Below are positions 32,541 through 42,000 of a stretch of 64,000 bases of DNA, in pieces (position 1 is the first letter of the stretch; each line of letters starts with the position of its first letter). Below the pieces are notes generated by a model. It saw nothing but the letters and a program-made list of their open reading frames with translations, did not search any database and was not told where the DNA came from. Made by a program: the position numbers and the translations under genes. This DNA is from Myxococcota bacterium (GTDB lineage: Bacteria > Myxococcota_A > UBA9042 > PHBI01 > JAWLBL01), in NCBI GenBank assembly GCA_041687695.1, contig JAWLBL010000028.1, positions 59,860-123,859 on the forward strand, in the 5' to 3' direction.

Positions 32541-33545
32541 TCAGGGCTGGGCGGTCAGGGTCGTCTCGAAGGTGCGGCCCTGGCCCGTGGCCGCGAAGCG
32601 CAGCTGGTTGATGAGCACGGCCTGGCAGCTCTTCTTGGTCGGCTTCACGTCGGTGCCGACGAGCTTGCCGGCGCCGTCCGCCCCGACCTCGATCTGCAGG
32701 GTCGTCGCCTCGCGGTCCGGATCGCAGCGGAGCAGGCGCGAGGCCTCGCGGCGCACGACCCCGCCGTCGTCGAGCACGGCGAAGGTGCCCAGGAAGCGGT
32801 CGAAGTCGGCGGCGGCCGTGTCGAACTGGTCCGGCTGGGCGCTGTAGGCGAGGACGACCAGGATGGGCAGGTAGACGGTGTCGCGTCCGACCTGCTTGAC
32901 CGGGTGGCGGAAGGGCGCGCGCACGAAGACGTAGCGCGTCCGGCGGAGCGGCTGCGCGTCGGGGGCGGGGTTCGCGCCGGCGAAGGTCTCGAGGACGAAG
33001 TCGAGCGCGTCGTGGCCCGAGACCTGCACGCGCTGCTGCGAGGTGATGCGCCCGGACTCGGCGGACTTGACGGCGGCGGCCGCCGCGTTCGGGCCGGCTA
33101 CGGTGACGAGGAAGCTGGTCGCGAGGTCCTCGACGATGTTGTGGGCGAGGACCTCGAGGTCGGTGTCGGCCTGGTTGCGCTCGAGCGGCAGCGAGCGCAG
33201 GTAGATGAGGGCTCCGGTGCGCCGGTGTTCGAGGCGCAGGTCGTAGCGCGGGAACTCGCCGAGCTTGTCGGGGACCCCGTCGCCGGTCACGTCGACCTCC
33301 ATGGTGGCCACGTAGGCGTTGCCCGACTTCATGTCCACCGGGCGGCCGCTGGCGTCGAGGCGGTAGTTCTCGACGGCCCAGTCGTCGGAGACGAACCGGA
33401 ACCGCGCCGTGTCGGTGTAGGCGACCCGGTAGGGGTACATCGAGTGGTGTACGCCGTCGTCGCGGACGACGGTGCCGGCGGAGCCGCCGCAGGCGGCGGC
33501 GGAGAGGCTGACGAGGGACAGCACGACGAGGGCGAGGCGGCTCAA
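32541..33545 (-). CDS. Hypothetical lipoprotein, paralog B
   Basis: TTG start at 33545 after AGGAG; AAA|C lipobox; shares RDDGVH, WxVENY, PRYDLRLEHR, RAPFRHPVKQVGRDTV and KKSCQAVL with paralog A. Confidence 0.8.
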   Translation of the reverse strand: MSRLALVVLSLVSLSAAACGGSAGTVVRDDGVHHSMYPYRVAYTDTARFRFVSDDWAVENYRLDASGRPVDMKSGNAYVATMEVDVTGDGVPDKLGEFPRYDLRLEHRRTGALIYLRSLPLERNQADTDLEVLAHNIVEDLATSFLVTVAGPNAAAAAVKSAESGRITSQQRVQVSGHDALDFVLETFAGANPAPDAQPLRRTRYVFVRAPFRHPVKQVGRDTVYLPILVVLAYSAQPDQFDTAAADFDRFLGTFAVLDDGGVVRREASRLLRCDPDREATTLQIEVGADGAGKLVGTDVKPTKKSCQAVLINQLRFAATGQGRTFETTLTAQP

Positions 33546-33643
33546 GGCGAAGGTCTCCTGCTGAGAGCGGCGGCGCCCGACGAGACGTCTGGCGCCGCCG
33601 GCGGACCTTCGCCCAAGGCTCGCGGCTACGTCAAGCGGCTCCG

Positions 33644-35608
33644 TCAGCGGGCCGGGGCCTCCCAGGGGAGGTCGTCCTCTTCGAGGTACGTGTACCCGGA
33701 CAGCGACGAGTCGTAGCGCTGCATCAGGGCGCGCGACTCCTCGAGGCTGATGCGCCCCTCGCGCAGGCTCTGCTCGGTCGCCATGCGGACGCGCGCGATG
33801 AGGTCGGCGCGCGAGTACTCGACGTAGCCGAGCACCTCGTTGACGCTGTCGCCCTCGACGACGTGCTTGAGCGTGTAGCCGCTGTCGGTCACGTCGACGT
33901 GCACCGTGTGCGTGTCGCCGAAGAGGTTGTGGAGGTCGCCCAGGATCTCTTGATAGGCGCCCAGCAGGAACACGCCCAGGTAGTACGGCTGCCCGTTGAG
34001 CGGGTGCATGGGCAGCCAGTCGCGCACGTCGCGGAGGTCGATGAACTCGTCCATCTTGCCGTCCGAGTCGCACGTGACGTCGACCAGGACGCCGCGGCGG
34101 GTCGGGCGCTCGTTGAGCCGGTGGATGGGCATCACCGGGAACAGGTGCTTGACCGCCCAGTGGTCGGGGACCGACTGGAAGATGGAGAAGTTGCAGAAGT
34201 AGGTGTCCGACAGATTGGCGGGCAGATCCGCCAGGTCGTCGGGCACATAGTCGAGCTCTTCCGTGGTCCGCAGGATCTTGAAGAAGATCTGCATCGTCAG
34301 CGCCTCGGCCCGGGCGCGCTCCTGCAGGTTCAGCATGCCGTGGTTGAAGAGCTGGATGGCCTCGTCGCGCAGCGTGACCGCGTCGTGGTAGGCCTCCTGG
34401 TAGCGCTTGCGGGTCACGCTGTGGAACGCGTCGTACAGATCGCTGAGGACGCGGTGGTCCTCTTCGCCCGGCTTCTCCGGCTCGGACTGCGGCACCAGCT
34501 CGTTGACGCCGAGCACGTTGAACAGCAGCACCGAGTGGTGCGCCACCAGCGCGCGCCCCGACTCGCTGACGATGACCGGGTGCGGGACCTCGCTCTCGTC
34601 GCAGATGTCCATCAGGACGCTGACGACGTCGTTGGCGTACTCCTGCTCGGAGTAGTTGCGCGAGCTGTGGAAGTTCGACCGCGACCCGTCGTAGTCGACC
34701 GCCAGGCCGCCACCCACGTCGATGTAGCGCATGTTGGCGCCCATCGTGGCGAGCGAGACGTAAAAGCGCCCCGCCTCGCGCAGGGCGTCCTTGATGGCGC
34801 GGATGGTCGTGATCTGGCTGCCGATGTGGAAGTGCAGCAGCTGCAGGCAGTCGAGCATGTCGTGCTCGCGCAGCTTGTCGACCAGGCGCACCATCTCGGT
34901 GGTGGTCAGGCCGAACTTGCTGCGCTCGCCCGACGACTCGTTCCAGCGGCCCGCGCCACGGGCGGCCAGCTTGGCGCGCGCGCCGATGACCGGGCGGATG
35001 CCCAGCTTGCGCGCCGCGGCGATGGCCATGTCCGCCTCCTCGTAGCGGTCGATGACGATGATGCAGTTGCGGCCCAGCTTGCGGGCGAGCAGCGCCGTCT
35101 CGACGTACTCGGAGTCTTTGTAGCCGTTGCAGATGATGAGGGCCTCTGGGTCCTCGACCATCGCCAGGGCCACCAGCAGCTCGGGCTTGGACCCCGCCTC
35201 GAGGCCGACGTTGTACGGCCGGCCGAAGTGCAGGATCTCCTCGACGACGTGGCGCTGCTGGTTCACCTTGATCGGCATCACCGCGCGGTAGGGCGCCTTG
35301 TAGCCGTACTCGGCGATGGCCGTCCTGAACGCCTCGCACAACACGGCCACGCGCGAGGCGAGGATGTCCGAGAAGCGGATGAGCAGCGGCATCGCGAGGC
35401 CGCGCTTGACGAGATCGTCCGCGAGCTCCTTGAGGTCGACCCGCGGGCCGCTCGGGCCCTTGGGGTGCACCACGAGGTCACCGCGGTCGTTGATGCCGAA
35501 ATATTCGCCGCCCCAGCCCTCGACGTTGTAAAGTTCGAGCGCGTCGCGCAGGCCCCAGGTGTGCATGTCCAGCTTCGCCACTTCTTCGTGCCCTCCACCC
35601 TCTGACAA
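33644..35608 (-). CDS. speA: Biosynthetic arginine decarboxylase
   Basis: PIKVNQ PLP lysine, GLEAGSKPEL, HFHIGSQ, DVGGGL.VDYDG, ESGRA, TCDSDG, GAYQEILG.LHNLFGD; true start may be 35581 or 35566. Confidence 0.97.
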   Translation of the reverse strand: MSEGGGHEEVAKLDMHTWGLRDALELYNVEGWGGEYFGINDRGDLVVHPKGPSGPRVDLKELADDLVKRGLAMPLLIRFSDILASRVAVLCEAFRTAIAEYGYKAPYRAVMPIKVNQQRHVVEEILHFGRPYNVGLEAGSKPELLVALAMVEDPEALIICNGYKDSEYVETALLARKLGRNCIIVIDRYEEADMAIAAARKLGIRPVIGARAKLAARGAGRWNESSGERSKFGLTTTEMVRLVDKLREHDMLDCLQLLHFHIGSQITTIRAIKDALREAGRFYVSLATMGANMRYIDVGGGLAVDYDGSRSNFHSSRNYSEQEYANDVVSVLMDICDESEVPHPVIVSESGRALVAHHSVLLFNVLGVNELVPQSEPEKPGEEDHRVLSDLYDAFHSVTRKRYQEAYHDAVTLRDEAIQLFNHGMLNLQERARAEALTMQIFFKILRTTEELDYVPDDLADLPANLSDTYFCNFSIFQSVPDHWAVKHLFPVMPIHRLNERPTRRGVLVDVTCDSDGKMDEFIDLRDVRDWLPMHPLNGQPYYLGVFLLGAYQEILGDLHNLFGDTHTVHVDVTDSGYTLKHVVEGDSVNEVLGYVEYSRADLIARVRMATEQSLREGRISLEESRALMQRYDSSLSGYTYLEEDDLPWEAPAR

Positions 35609-35635
35609 GGGAGGCCCGAAGGTGGGACCGGATGC

Positions 35636-36607
35636 CTACCGCGTCAAGCGGTTCCAGAGCCCCGGCGGGATCACGGCCTGCTTGTTGGCCTCCTGATACA
35701 TCTTCAGGACGTGCTGCAGGCCCCGCAGCAGCTGCTCGACCGATCCGGGCCGCTCGGGCGTCTGCCGCTTGAGGCACTTGGCCACCAGCATGTCCGCCTC
35801 GTCCGGCAGCCCGCGCACCAGGTTGCGCAGCTTCTCGGAGGGCAGCCTCCCGTGGCCGCGCAGGTAGTCCATGACGGCCTCGGGCCGGTCGGCGACCTCG
35901 AGGTGCTTGCGCCCCGCCGTCAGCTCGTACAGCAGCGCTCCCAGCCCGTACATGTCCACCGTCGGCGCCAGCGGCTTGCCCTCGGCCTCCTCGGGCGCGA
36001 CGAACGCCCCGTGCCCGATGAACGCCGGCCGCCCCCCGTGCATCGGCGGGTCGCCGGCCCGCACGACCAGGTCCAGCTTGATGATCCGCGCCTCGAGCGA
36101 CCCGTCCTCGCGCGCCGTCACCTCGACGTTGTCGGGGCGCAGGTCCACGTGCACGAACCCCAGCTCGTGCACCTTCTCTACGCACCCCGCCACGTCCGCG
36201 ACCACCCCGATGGCCGTCGGGAAGTCCAACCGCTCGCTCGCTGCCAGCACCTGCCGCAGGACCTGCCCGCTCAGACGCTCGCGCACCAGGTAGTGCTCGC
36301 CCGCCGCCGTCGTCCCGGCGTCCAGGTGCCGCACGCACGCCGCCCCGCCGGCCTCCGACGCCAGCCGCAGCTCGTGCACGTACCGGTTCGACGTGTGCCC
36401 GGTCGACGCCCGGAAGTCCTGGAACTCCGGCCGCATGATCCGGACGTTCACCTCGCGCGCCGCCCCCAGCGCCCGCCCGCCGTACACGCGGCTGCGCCCG
36501 TCCTCGCCCTCGAGGGGGCCGACCATGTAGTTGGCCACCACCAGGCCCTGGTGGTCGAGGCGTCGGATGGCCTTGAGGGGGTCGGGCTGGGCGTCGGTGC
36601 GGGTCAT
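35636..36607 (-). CDS. Hanks-type Ser/Thr kinase-like protein, predicted pseudokinase
   Basis: VHVDLRPDNV, APE, DMYGLGALLYELTAG and ERP are present; VAIK and DFG are degenerate. Confidence 0.8.
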   Translation of the reverse strand: MTRTDAQPDPLKAIRRLDHQGLVVANYMVGPLEGEDGRSRVYGGRALGAAREVNVRIMRPEFQDFRASTGHTSNRYVHELRLASEAGGAACVRHLDAGTTAAGEHYLVRERLSGQVLRQVLAASERLDFPTAIGVVADVAGCVEKVHELGFVHVDLRPDNVEVTAREDGSLEARIIKLDLVVRAGDPPMHGGRPAFIGHGAFVAPEEAEGKPLAPTVDMYGLGALLYELTAGRKHLEVADRPEAVMDYLRGHGRLPSEKLRNLVRGLPDEADMLVAKCLKRQTPERPGSVEQLLRGLQHVLKMYQEANKQAVIPPGLWNRLTR

Positions 36608-36821
36608 AGGGGAGGGGGCCGGTCCGTGGGGCGGAGGTCGACGCGGGCGGCGCCTACGCGTGCACCCCGTTCTGATACCAAGCATCGCGCCGACGTGCCA
36701 GTGCAGGTGCCCAGCCCGGTTTCCGCTCGCCCCCGTCCCGGGCCCGACCGGGCCGCCTCGGCGCCGCCGCGCTTGCAATTCGACCTCGCATGCCTATCTT
36801 GCGGGGCCCGGAGGCGCTGAC

Positions 36822-37469
36822 GTGCAGATCATCCCCTTGGACCGCGACGTGCCCGAGGTCTGGACCCTCGGTCCGGCCGTCGGGGCGCTCCAGCGTGGCG
36901 AGCTGGTCATCATCCCGACCGACACCATCTACGCCATCGCCTGCAACCCCTGGGATCGCCAGGCCGTCTCCAAGCTCTACGCCGCCAAGCAGATGGACAA
37001 GGCCAAGCGCTGCAGCGTCATCTGCGGCGATCTCAAGGAGGTCGGCAGCGTCGCCCGCGCCGTCAGCGACGCCGCCTTCCGCTTCATGCGGCAGAACCTG
37101 CCCGGCGCCTACACCATCCTGCTGCACGCCTCGCGCGAGCTGCCCAAGCAGGCCACCGGCAAGCGCAAGACCATCGGCATCCGCATGCCCGATCACATGG
37201 TCTGTCAGGCCCTCGCCGAAGAGCTCGGCCAGCCCATCCTCGTCACCAGCGTCCCGCCCATCGAGGACGAGCCCCTCATCGACCCGGTCGAGGTCGCCCG
37301 GCGCCTGTACGTGCGCCCGGCCTACATCCTGGATCAGGGCCCGCAGGCCCCCGAGCCCTCGACCGTCATCGACTTCACGGTCGACCCGCCCGAGCTGGTC
37401 CGCGAGGGCAAGGGCGACGTCTGGATCGACGAGGACGATCTCGGCGAGGAGGCCGGCGCGTGGTCGTGA
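36822..37469 (+). CDS. yciO: Sua5/YrdC/YciO-family threonylcarbamoyl-AMP synthase
   Basis: IIPTDTIYAIAC, LPGAYT, KRKTIGIRMPDH, PSTVID; GTG after GGAGG. Confidence 0.85.
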   Translation: MQIIPLDRDVPEVWTLGPAVGALQRGELVIIPTDTIYAIACNPWDRQAVSKLYAAKQMDKAKRCSVICGDLKEVGSVARAVSDAAFRFMRQNLPGAYTILLHASRELPKQATGKRKTIGIRMPDHMVCQALAEELGQPILVTSVPPIEDEPLIDPVEVARRLYVRPAYILDQGPQAPEPSTVIDFTVDPPELVREGKGDVWIDEDDLGEEAGAWS

Positions 37470-37490
37470 CGGCCGCGCGGAGCCCGGCCC

Positions 37491-38873
37491 ATCGCCGCCC
37501 GTGACCTGACCCGCGGGTCCATCCCGCGGCACCTCGTGGCCCTGGGCCTGCCGGTCCTGCTGGCCCTGCTGCTGCAGTCCGTCTTCGCGCTGGTGGACCT
37601 GGCCTTCGTGCGCCAGCTCGGCGAGGCCGCCGTAGCGGGCTTGTCCATCTCGCTCCAGGTCTTCTTCATCGTCCTCGCCGTGAGCCAGGTCATCGCGGCC
37701 ACCGTCATCGCCCGCGTCAGCCAGGCCTACGGCGCCGGCCGCCTGGACGAGGCCCGCACGCTGTTTTCGACCTACGCCGTCATCGGCGCCGCGACCGGCC
37801 TCGTCGCCACCGTCGTCGCCCTCCTCGGCGCCTCGGCCTACGTCCACGCCTTCACCGACGACCCCGCCGTCTACGAGCAGGGCCTCGCCTACTTCCGCGT
37901 CAACGCCTACACCTTCTTCTTCCAGCTGATGCTCATCGTCCTGGGCAACGCCTTCCGGGGCAGCGGCGACTTCACCACGCCGATGCGCATGATGGTGGTC
38001 TCCGTCCTGCTCAACCTGGCCCTCGACCCGCTGCTCATCTTCGGCCTCGGCCCCTTCCCCGAGCTCGGCATCGCCGGCGCCGCGCTGGCCACCGTCATCG
38101 CCCAGGCGGCCGCCTGCGCCCTGTACGTCGTCCGCCTCCTGCGCCGCTCCGACCCTCGCGGCCTGCACCTGCGCCGGCCGGCCTTCTCGCGCGACACCTG
38201 GCGCGAGGTCCTGGTCCGCGGCCTGCCCGCGGGCGCGCAGTTCTTCCTGCTCTCCGTGGTGCTGGGCCTGGTCCTGGCCGCCATGAAGCCCTACGGCGCC
38301 ACCTGGACGGCCACCGCCGGCGGGGGCTTTCGCGTCCTGCAGCAGACCATGCTGCCGATGCTGGCCGTCGGCACCGCCGCCGCCGCCATCTCCGGCCAGA
38401 ACAAGGGCGCCAACCAGCCCGAGCGCATCGCCCTCGCCAGCCGGACGGCCCTGGCCTGGACGCTCGCCTACGCCTGCGTCCTGACGGTCGCGCTGTTCTT
38501 CGGCGGGCACGTCGCCGGGCTCCTGTTCATCAAGAGCGACTCCGAGCTGCCCGTCGCCGTCGACTACTTCCGCGTCTCGGCGCCGACCCTGGTCGCCGCG
38601 GCCCTGACCTTCGTCCCGACCTGGGTCATGCAGGCCCTCGGCCTGGCGGTGTTGCCGCTGCTCGCCGCGGTCGTGCGCCTCGTCCTGCTCGCGGTGGCCG
38701 TCCTGTGGCTGATCCCCGCGCTGGACCTCGGGCCGGTGTGGGTCTTCGCGGCGGCCACGCTCACGGCCTTCGTCGAGGGGCTCATCGCGACGGGGTTCCT
38801 GACCGCCACGGTCCGCCGGATGGTCCGCGCCGCCCCCGCATCGGCCACAGCGGCCGCCGCCGCCGACGCCTGA
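37491..38873 (+). CDS. MATE family efflux transporter
   Basis: [48 protein letters not shown]; start uncertain (ATC 37491 or GTG 37536). Confidence 0.9.
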   Translation: MAARDLTRGSIPRHLVALGLPVLLALLLQSVFALVDLAFVRQLGEAAVAGLSISLQVFFIVLAVSQVIAATVIARVSQAYGAGRLDEARTLFSTYAVIGAATGLVATVVALLGASAYVHAFTDDPAVYEQGLAYFRVNAYTFFFQLMLIVLGNAFRGSGDFTTPMRMMVVSVLLNLALDPLLIFGLGPFPELGIAGAALATVIAQAAACALYVVRLLRRSDPRGLHLRRPAFSRDTWREVLVRGLPAGAQFFLLSVVLGLVLAAMKPYGATWTATAGGGFRVLQQTMLPMLAVGTAAAAISGQNKGANQPERIALASRTALAWTLAYACVLTVALFFGGHVAGLLFIKSDSELPVAVDYFRVSAPTLVAAALTFVPTWVMQALGLAVLPLLAAVVRLVLLAVAVLWLIPALDLGPVWVFAAATLTAFVEGLIATGFLTATVRRMVRAAPASATAAAAADA

Positions 38874-39067
38874 GCGCGTCCGGGCCGCGGCGGTCCGCCG
38901 GCAGTGGGCCCCTTGGGCGTCGCGCCGGGAAGAGGTGCCTCTGGCTCGTGAAATCTCTAATGGTTTCCGGCTTGTGTGGTCCGGGTTGCGAATCCTTGGG
39001 GACTGGAAACTTGGTGCCGTCGCCACGGCTCCCTAGGGTGCGCGATGGGAAACGACCGAGGTGACGC

Positions 39068-42000
39068 ATGTCGGCAGAGGTGGAGGCGCGTCCGGCGCCC
39101 GCGAAGGGGACCAAGGCCAGCACCACCAAGGCGCGCGCGACGCGGCGCAAGCCGAGCCCGCTCGACCAGCAGCTGTTGGCGGTGCTCGAGGTGTTGAAGG
39201 CCATCCGCCAGGGCGACTTCACGGCGCGGGTCGACATCGACGGCGCCGAGGGCACGGTCAGCGAGATCGCGGCCGAGGTGAACGCGCTGGTGGGGCAGGT
39301 GCAGGCCTTCGGCTCCGAGATCATCCGCGTGTCGCGCGAGGTGGGCACCGAGGGCAAGCTGGGCGGGCAGGCGTCGGTGCCCGGCGTGTCGGGCACGTGG
39401 AAGGATCTGACCGACAACGTGAACGTGCTGGCGGGCAACCTGACCAGCCAGGTGCGTAACATCGCGCTGGTCACGACGGCGGTGGCCAACGGCGACCTGT
39501 CCAAGACCATCACGGTCGAGGCCAAGGGCGAGATCCTCGAGCTCAAGGACACCATCAACACGATGGTCGAGCAGCTGCGCGCCTTCGCCAGCGAGGTGAC
39601 GCGCGTGGCGCGCGAGGTGGGCACCGAGGGCAAGCTGGGCGCCCAGGCCGAGGTGCAGGGCGTGTCGGGCACGTGGAAGGACCTGACCGACAACGTGAAC
39701 GTGCTGGCGGGCAACCTGACCAGCCAGGTGCGTAACATCGCGCTGGTCACGACGGCGGTGGCCAACGGCGACCTGTCCAAGACCATCACGGTCGAGGCCA
39801 AGGGCGAGATCCTCGAGCTCAAGGACACCATCAACACGATGGTCGAGCAGCTGCGCGCCTTCGCCAGCGAGGTGACGCGCGTGGCGCGCGAGGTGGGCAC
39901 CGAGGGCAAGCTGGGCGCCCAGGCCGAGGTGCAGGGCGTGTCGGGCACGTGGAAGGACCTGACCGACAACGTGAACGTGCTGGCGGGCAACCTGACCAGC
40001 CAGGTGCGTAACATCGCGCTGGTCACGACGGCGGTGGCCAACGGCGACCTGTCCAAGACCATCACGGTCGAGGCCAAGGGCGAGATCGCGGACCTCAAGA
40101 ACACCATCAACACGATGGTGGGGCAGCTGTCGTCGTTCGCGGCCGAGGTGACGCGCGTGGCGCGCGAGGTGGGCACCGAAGGCAAGCTGGGCACGCAGGC
40201 GCAGGTGGCCGGGGTCGCCGGCACCTGGAAGGACCTCACGGACAGCGTGAACTCGATGGCCGGCAACCTGACCGATCAGGTGCGCGGCATCGCGCTGGTC
40301 ACGACGGCGGTCGCCAACGGCGACCTGTCGCAGAAGATCACGGTCGACGTGCAGGGCGAGATGGCCGAGCTGAAGAACACCATCAACACGATGGTGGACC
40401 AGCTCTCGTCGTTCGCCTCCGAGGTGACGCGCGTCGCGCGCGAGGTGGGTACCGAAGGGAAGCTGGGCGGTCAGGCGCAGGTGGCCGGGGTCGCCGGCAT
40501 CTGGAAGGATCTGACCGACAGCGTGAACTCGATGGCGTCGAACCTGACCGACCAGGTGCGCGGCATCGCCGAGGTCGCCACGGCCATCGCCAACGGCGAC
40601 CTCGGCAAGAAGATCACGGTCGACGTGCAGGGCGAGATCCTCGAGCTGAAGAACACCATCAACACGATGGTGGGGCAGCTGTCGTCGTTCGCGGCCGAGG
40701 TGACGCGCGTGGCGCGCGAGGTGGGCACCGAAGGCAAGCTGGGCGGTCAGGCGACCGTGCCCGGGGTCGCCGGCACGTGGAAGGACCTGACCGACAACGT
40801 GAACTCGATGGCCGGCAACCTGACCAGCCAGGTGCGAAACATCGCGGCGGTCACGACGGCGGTGGCGACGGGCGACCTGTCCAAGAAGATCACGGTCGAC
40901 GTGCAGGGCGAGATGCTCGAGCTGAAGAACACCATCAACACGATGGTGGATCAGCTGTCGTCGTTCGCGGCCGAGGTGACGCGCGTGGCGCGCGAGGTGG
41001 GCACCGAAGGCAAGCTGGGCGGTCAGGCGCAGGTGCCCGGGGTCGCCGGCACCTGGAAGGACCTGACCGACAACGTGAACCAGCTGGCTGGCAACCTGAC
41101 CATCCAGCTGCGCGACGTGTCCAAGGTCGCGACGGCGATCGCCAGCGGCGACCTGGGGCAGAAGATCACGGTGCACGTGCAGGGCGAGATCCTGCAGATC
41201 AAGAACACCATCAACACGATGGTGGACCAGCTGTCGTCGTTCGCGGCCGAGGTGACGCGCGTGGCGCGCGAGGTCGGTACCGAAGGCAAGCTGGGCGGCC
41301 AGGCCGACGTGAAGGGGGTCGCCGGCATCTGGAAGGATCTGACCGACAGCGTGAACTCGATGGCGGGCAACCTGACCAGCCAGGTGCGAAACATCGCGGC
41401 GGTCACGACGGCGGTGGCGACGGGCGACCTGTCCAAGAAGATCACGGTCGACGTGCAGGGCGAGATGCTCGAGCTGAAGAACACCATCAACACGATGGTG
41501 GATCAGCTGTCGTCGTTCGCGGCCGAGGTGACGCGCGTGGCGCGCGAGGTGGGCACCGAAGGCAAGCTGGGCGGTCAGGCGCAGGTGCCCGGGGTCGCCG
41601 GGACGTGGAAGGATCTGACCGACAACGTGAACCAGCTGGCGGGCAACCTGACCGTGCAGCTGCGCGACGTGTCCAAGGTGGCGCGCGCCATCGCCGACGG
41701 GGACCTGTCCAAGAAGATCACGGTCGATGTGCGCGGCGAGATCCTGCAGATCAAGGACACCATCAACACGATGGTGGACCAGCTGCGGTCGTTCTCGTCC
41801 GAGGTGACGCGCGTGGCGCGCGAGGTCGGTACGGAAGGGAAGCTGGGCGGTCAGGCGCAGGTGCCCGGGGTCGCCGGCACCTGGAAGGATCTGACCGACA
41901 ACGTGAACTCGATGGCCGGCAACCTGACCAGCCAGGTGCGAAACATCGCGGCGGTCACCAAGGCGGTGGCCAACGGGGATCTCGGCAAGAAGATCACGGT

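Noticed and set aside
32541..35339. 932-aa ORF
   Set aside because: The 5' two-thirds is an off-frame overlap of speA; the real gene starts near 33545 with an RBS and lipobox
36822..38873. YciO-MATE fusion by TGA readthrough (same frame)
   Set aside because: No supporting recoding signal; an RBS with ATC start explains it more simply
38874..39067. Sigma-54 promoter or riboswitch upstream of the HAMP kinase
   Set aside because: The GG/GC spacing in TGGTCCGGGTTGC does not fit -24/-12, and I recognise no riboswitch consensus
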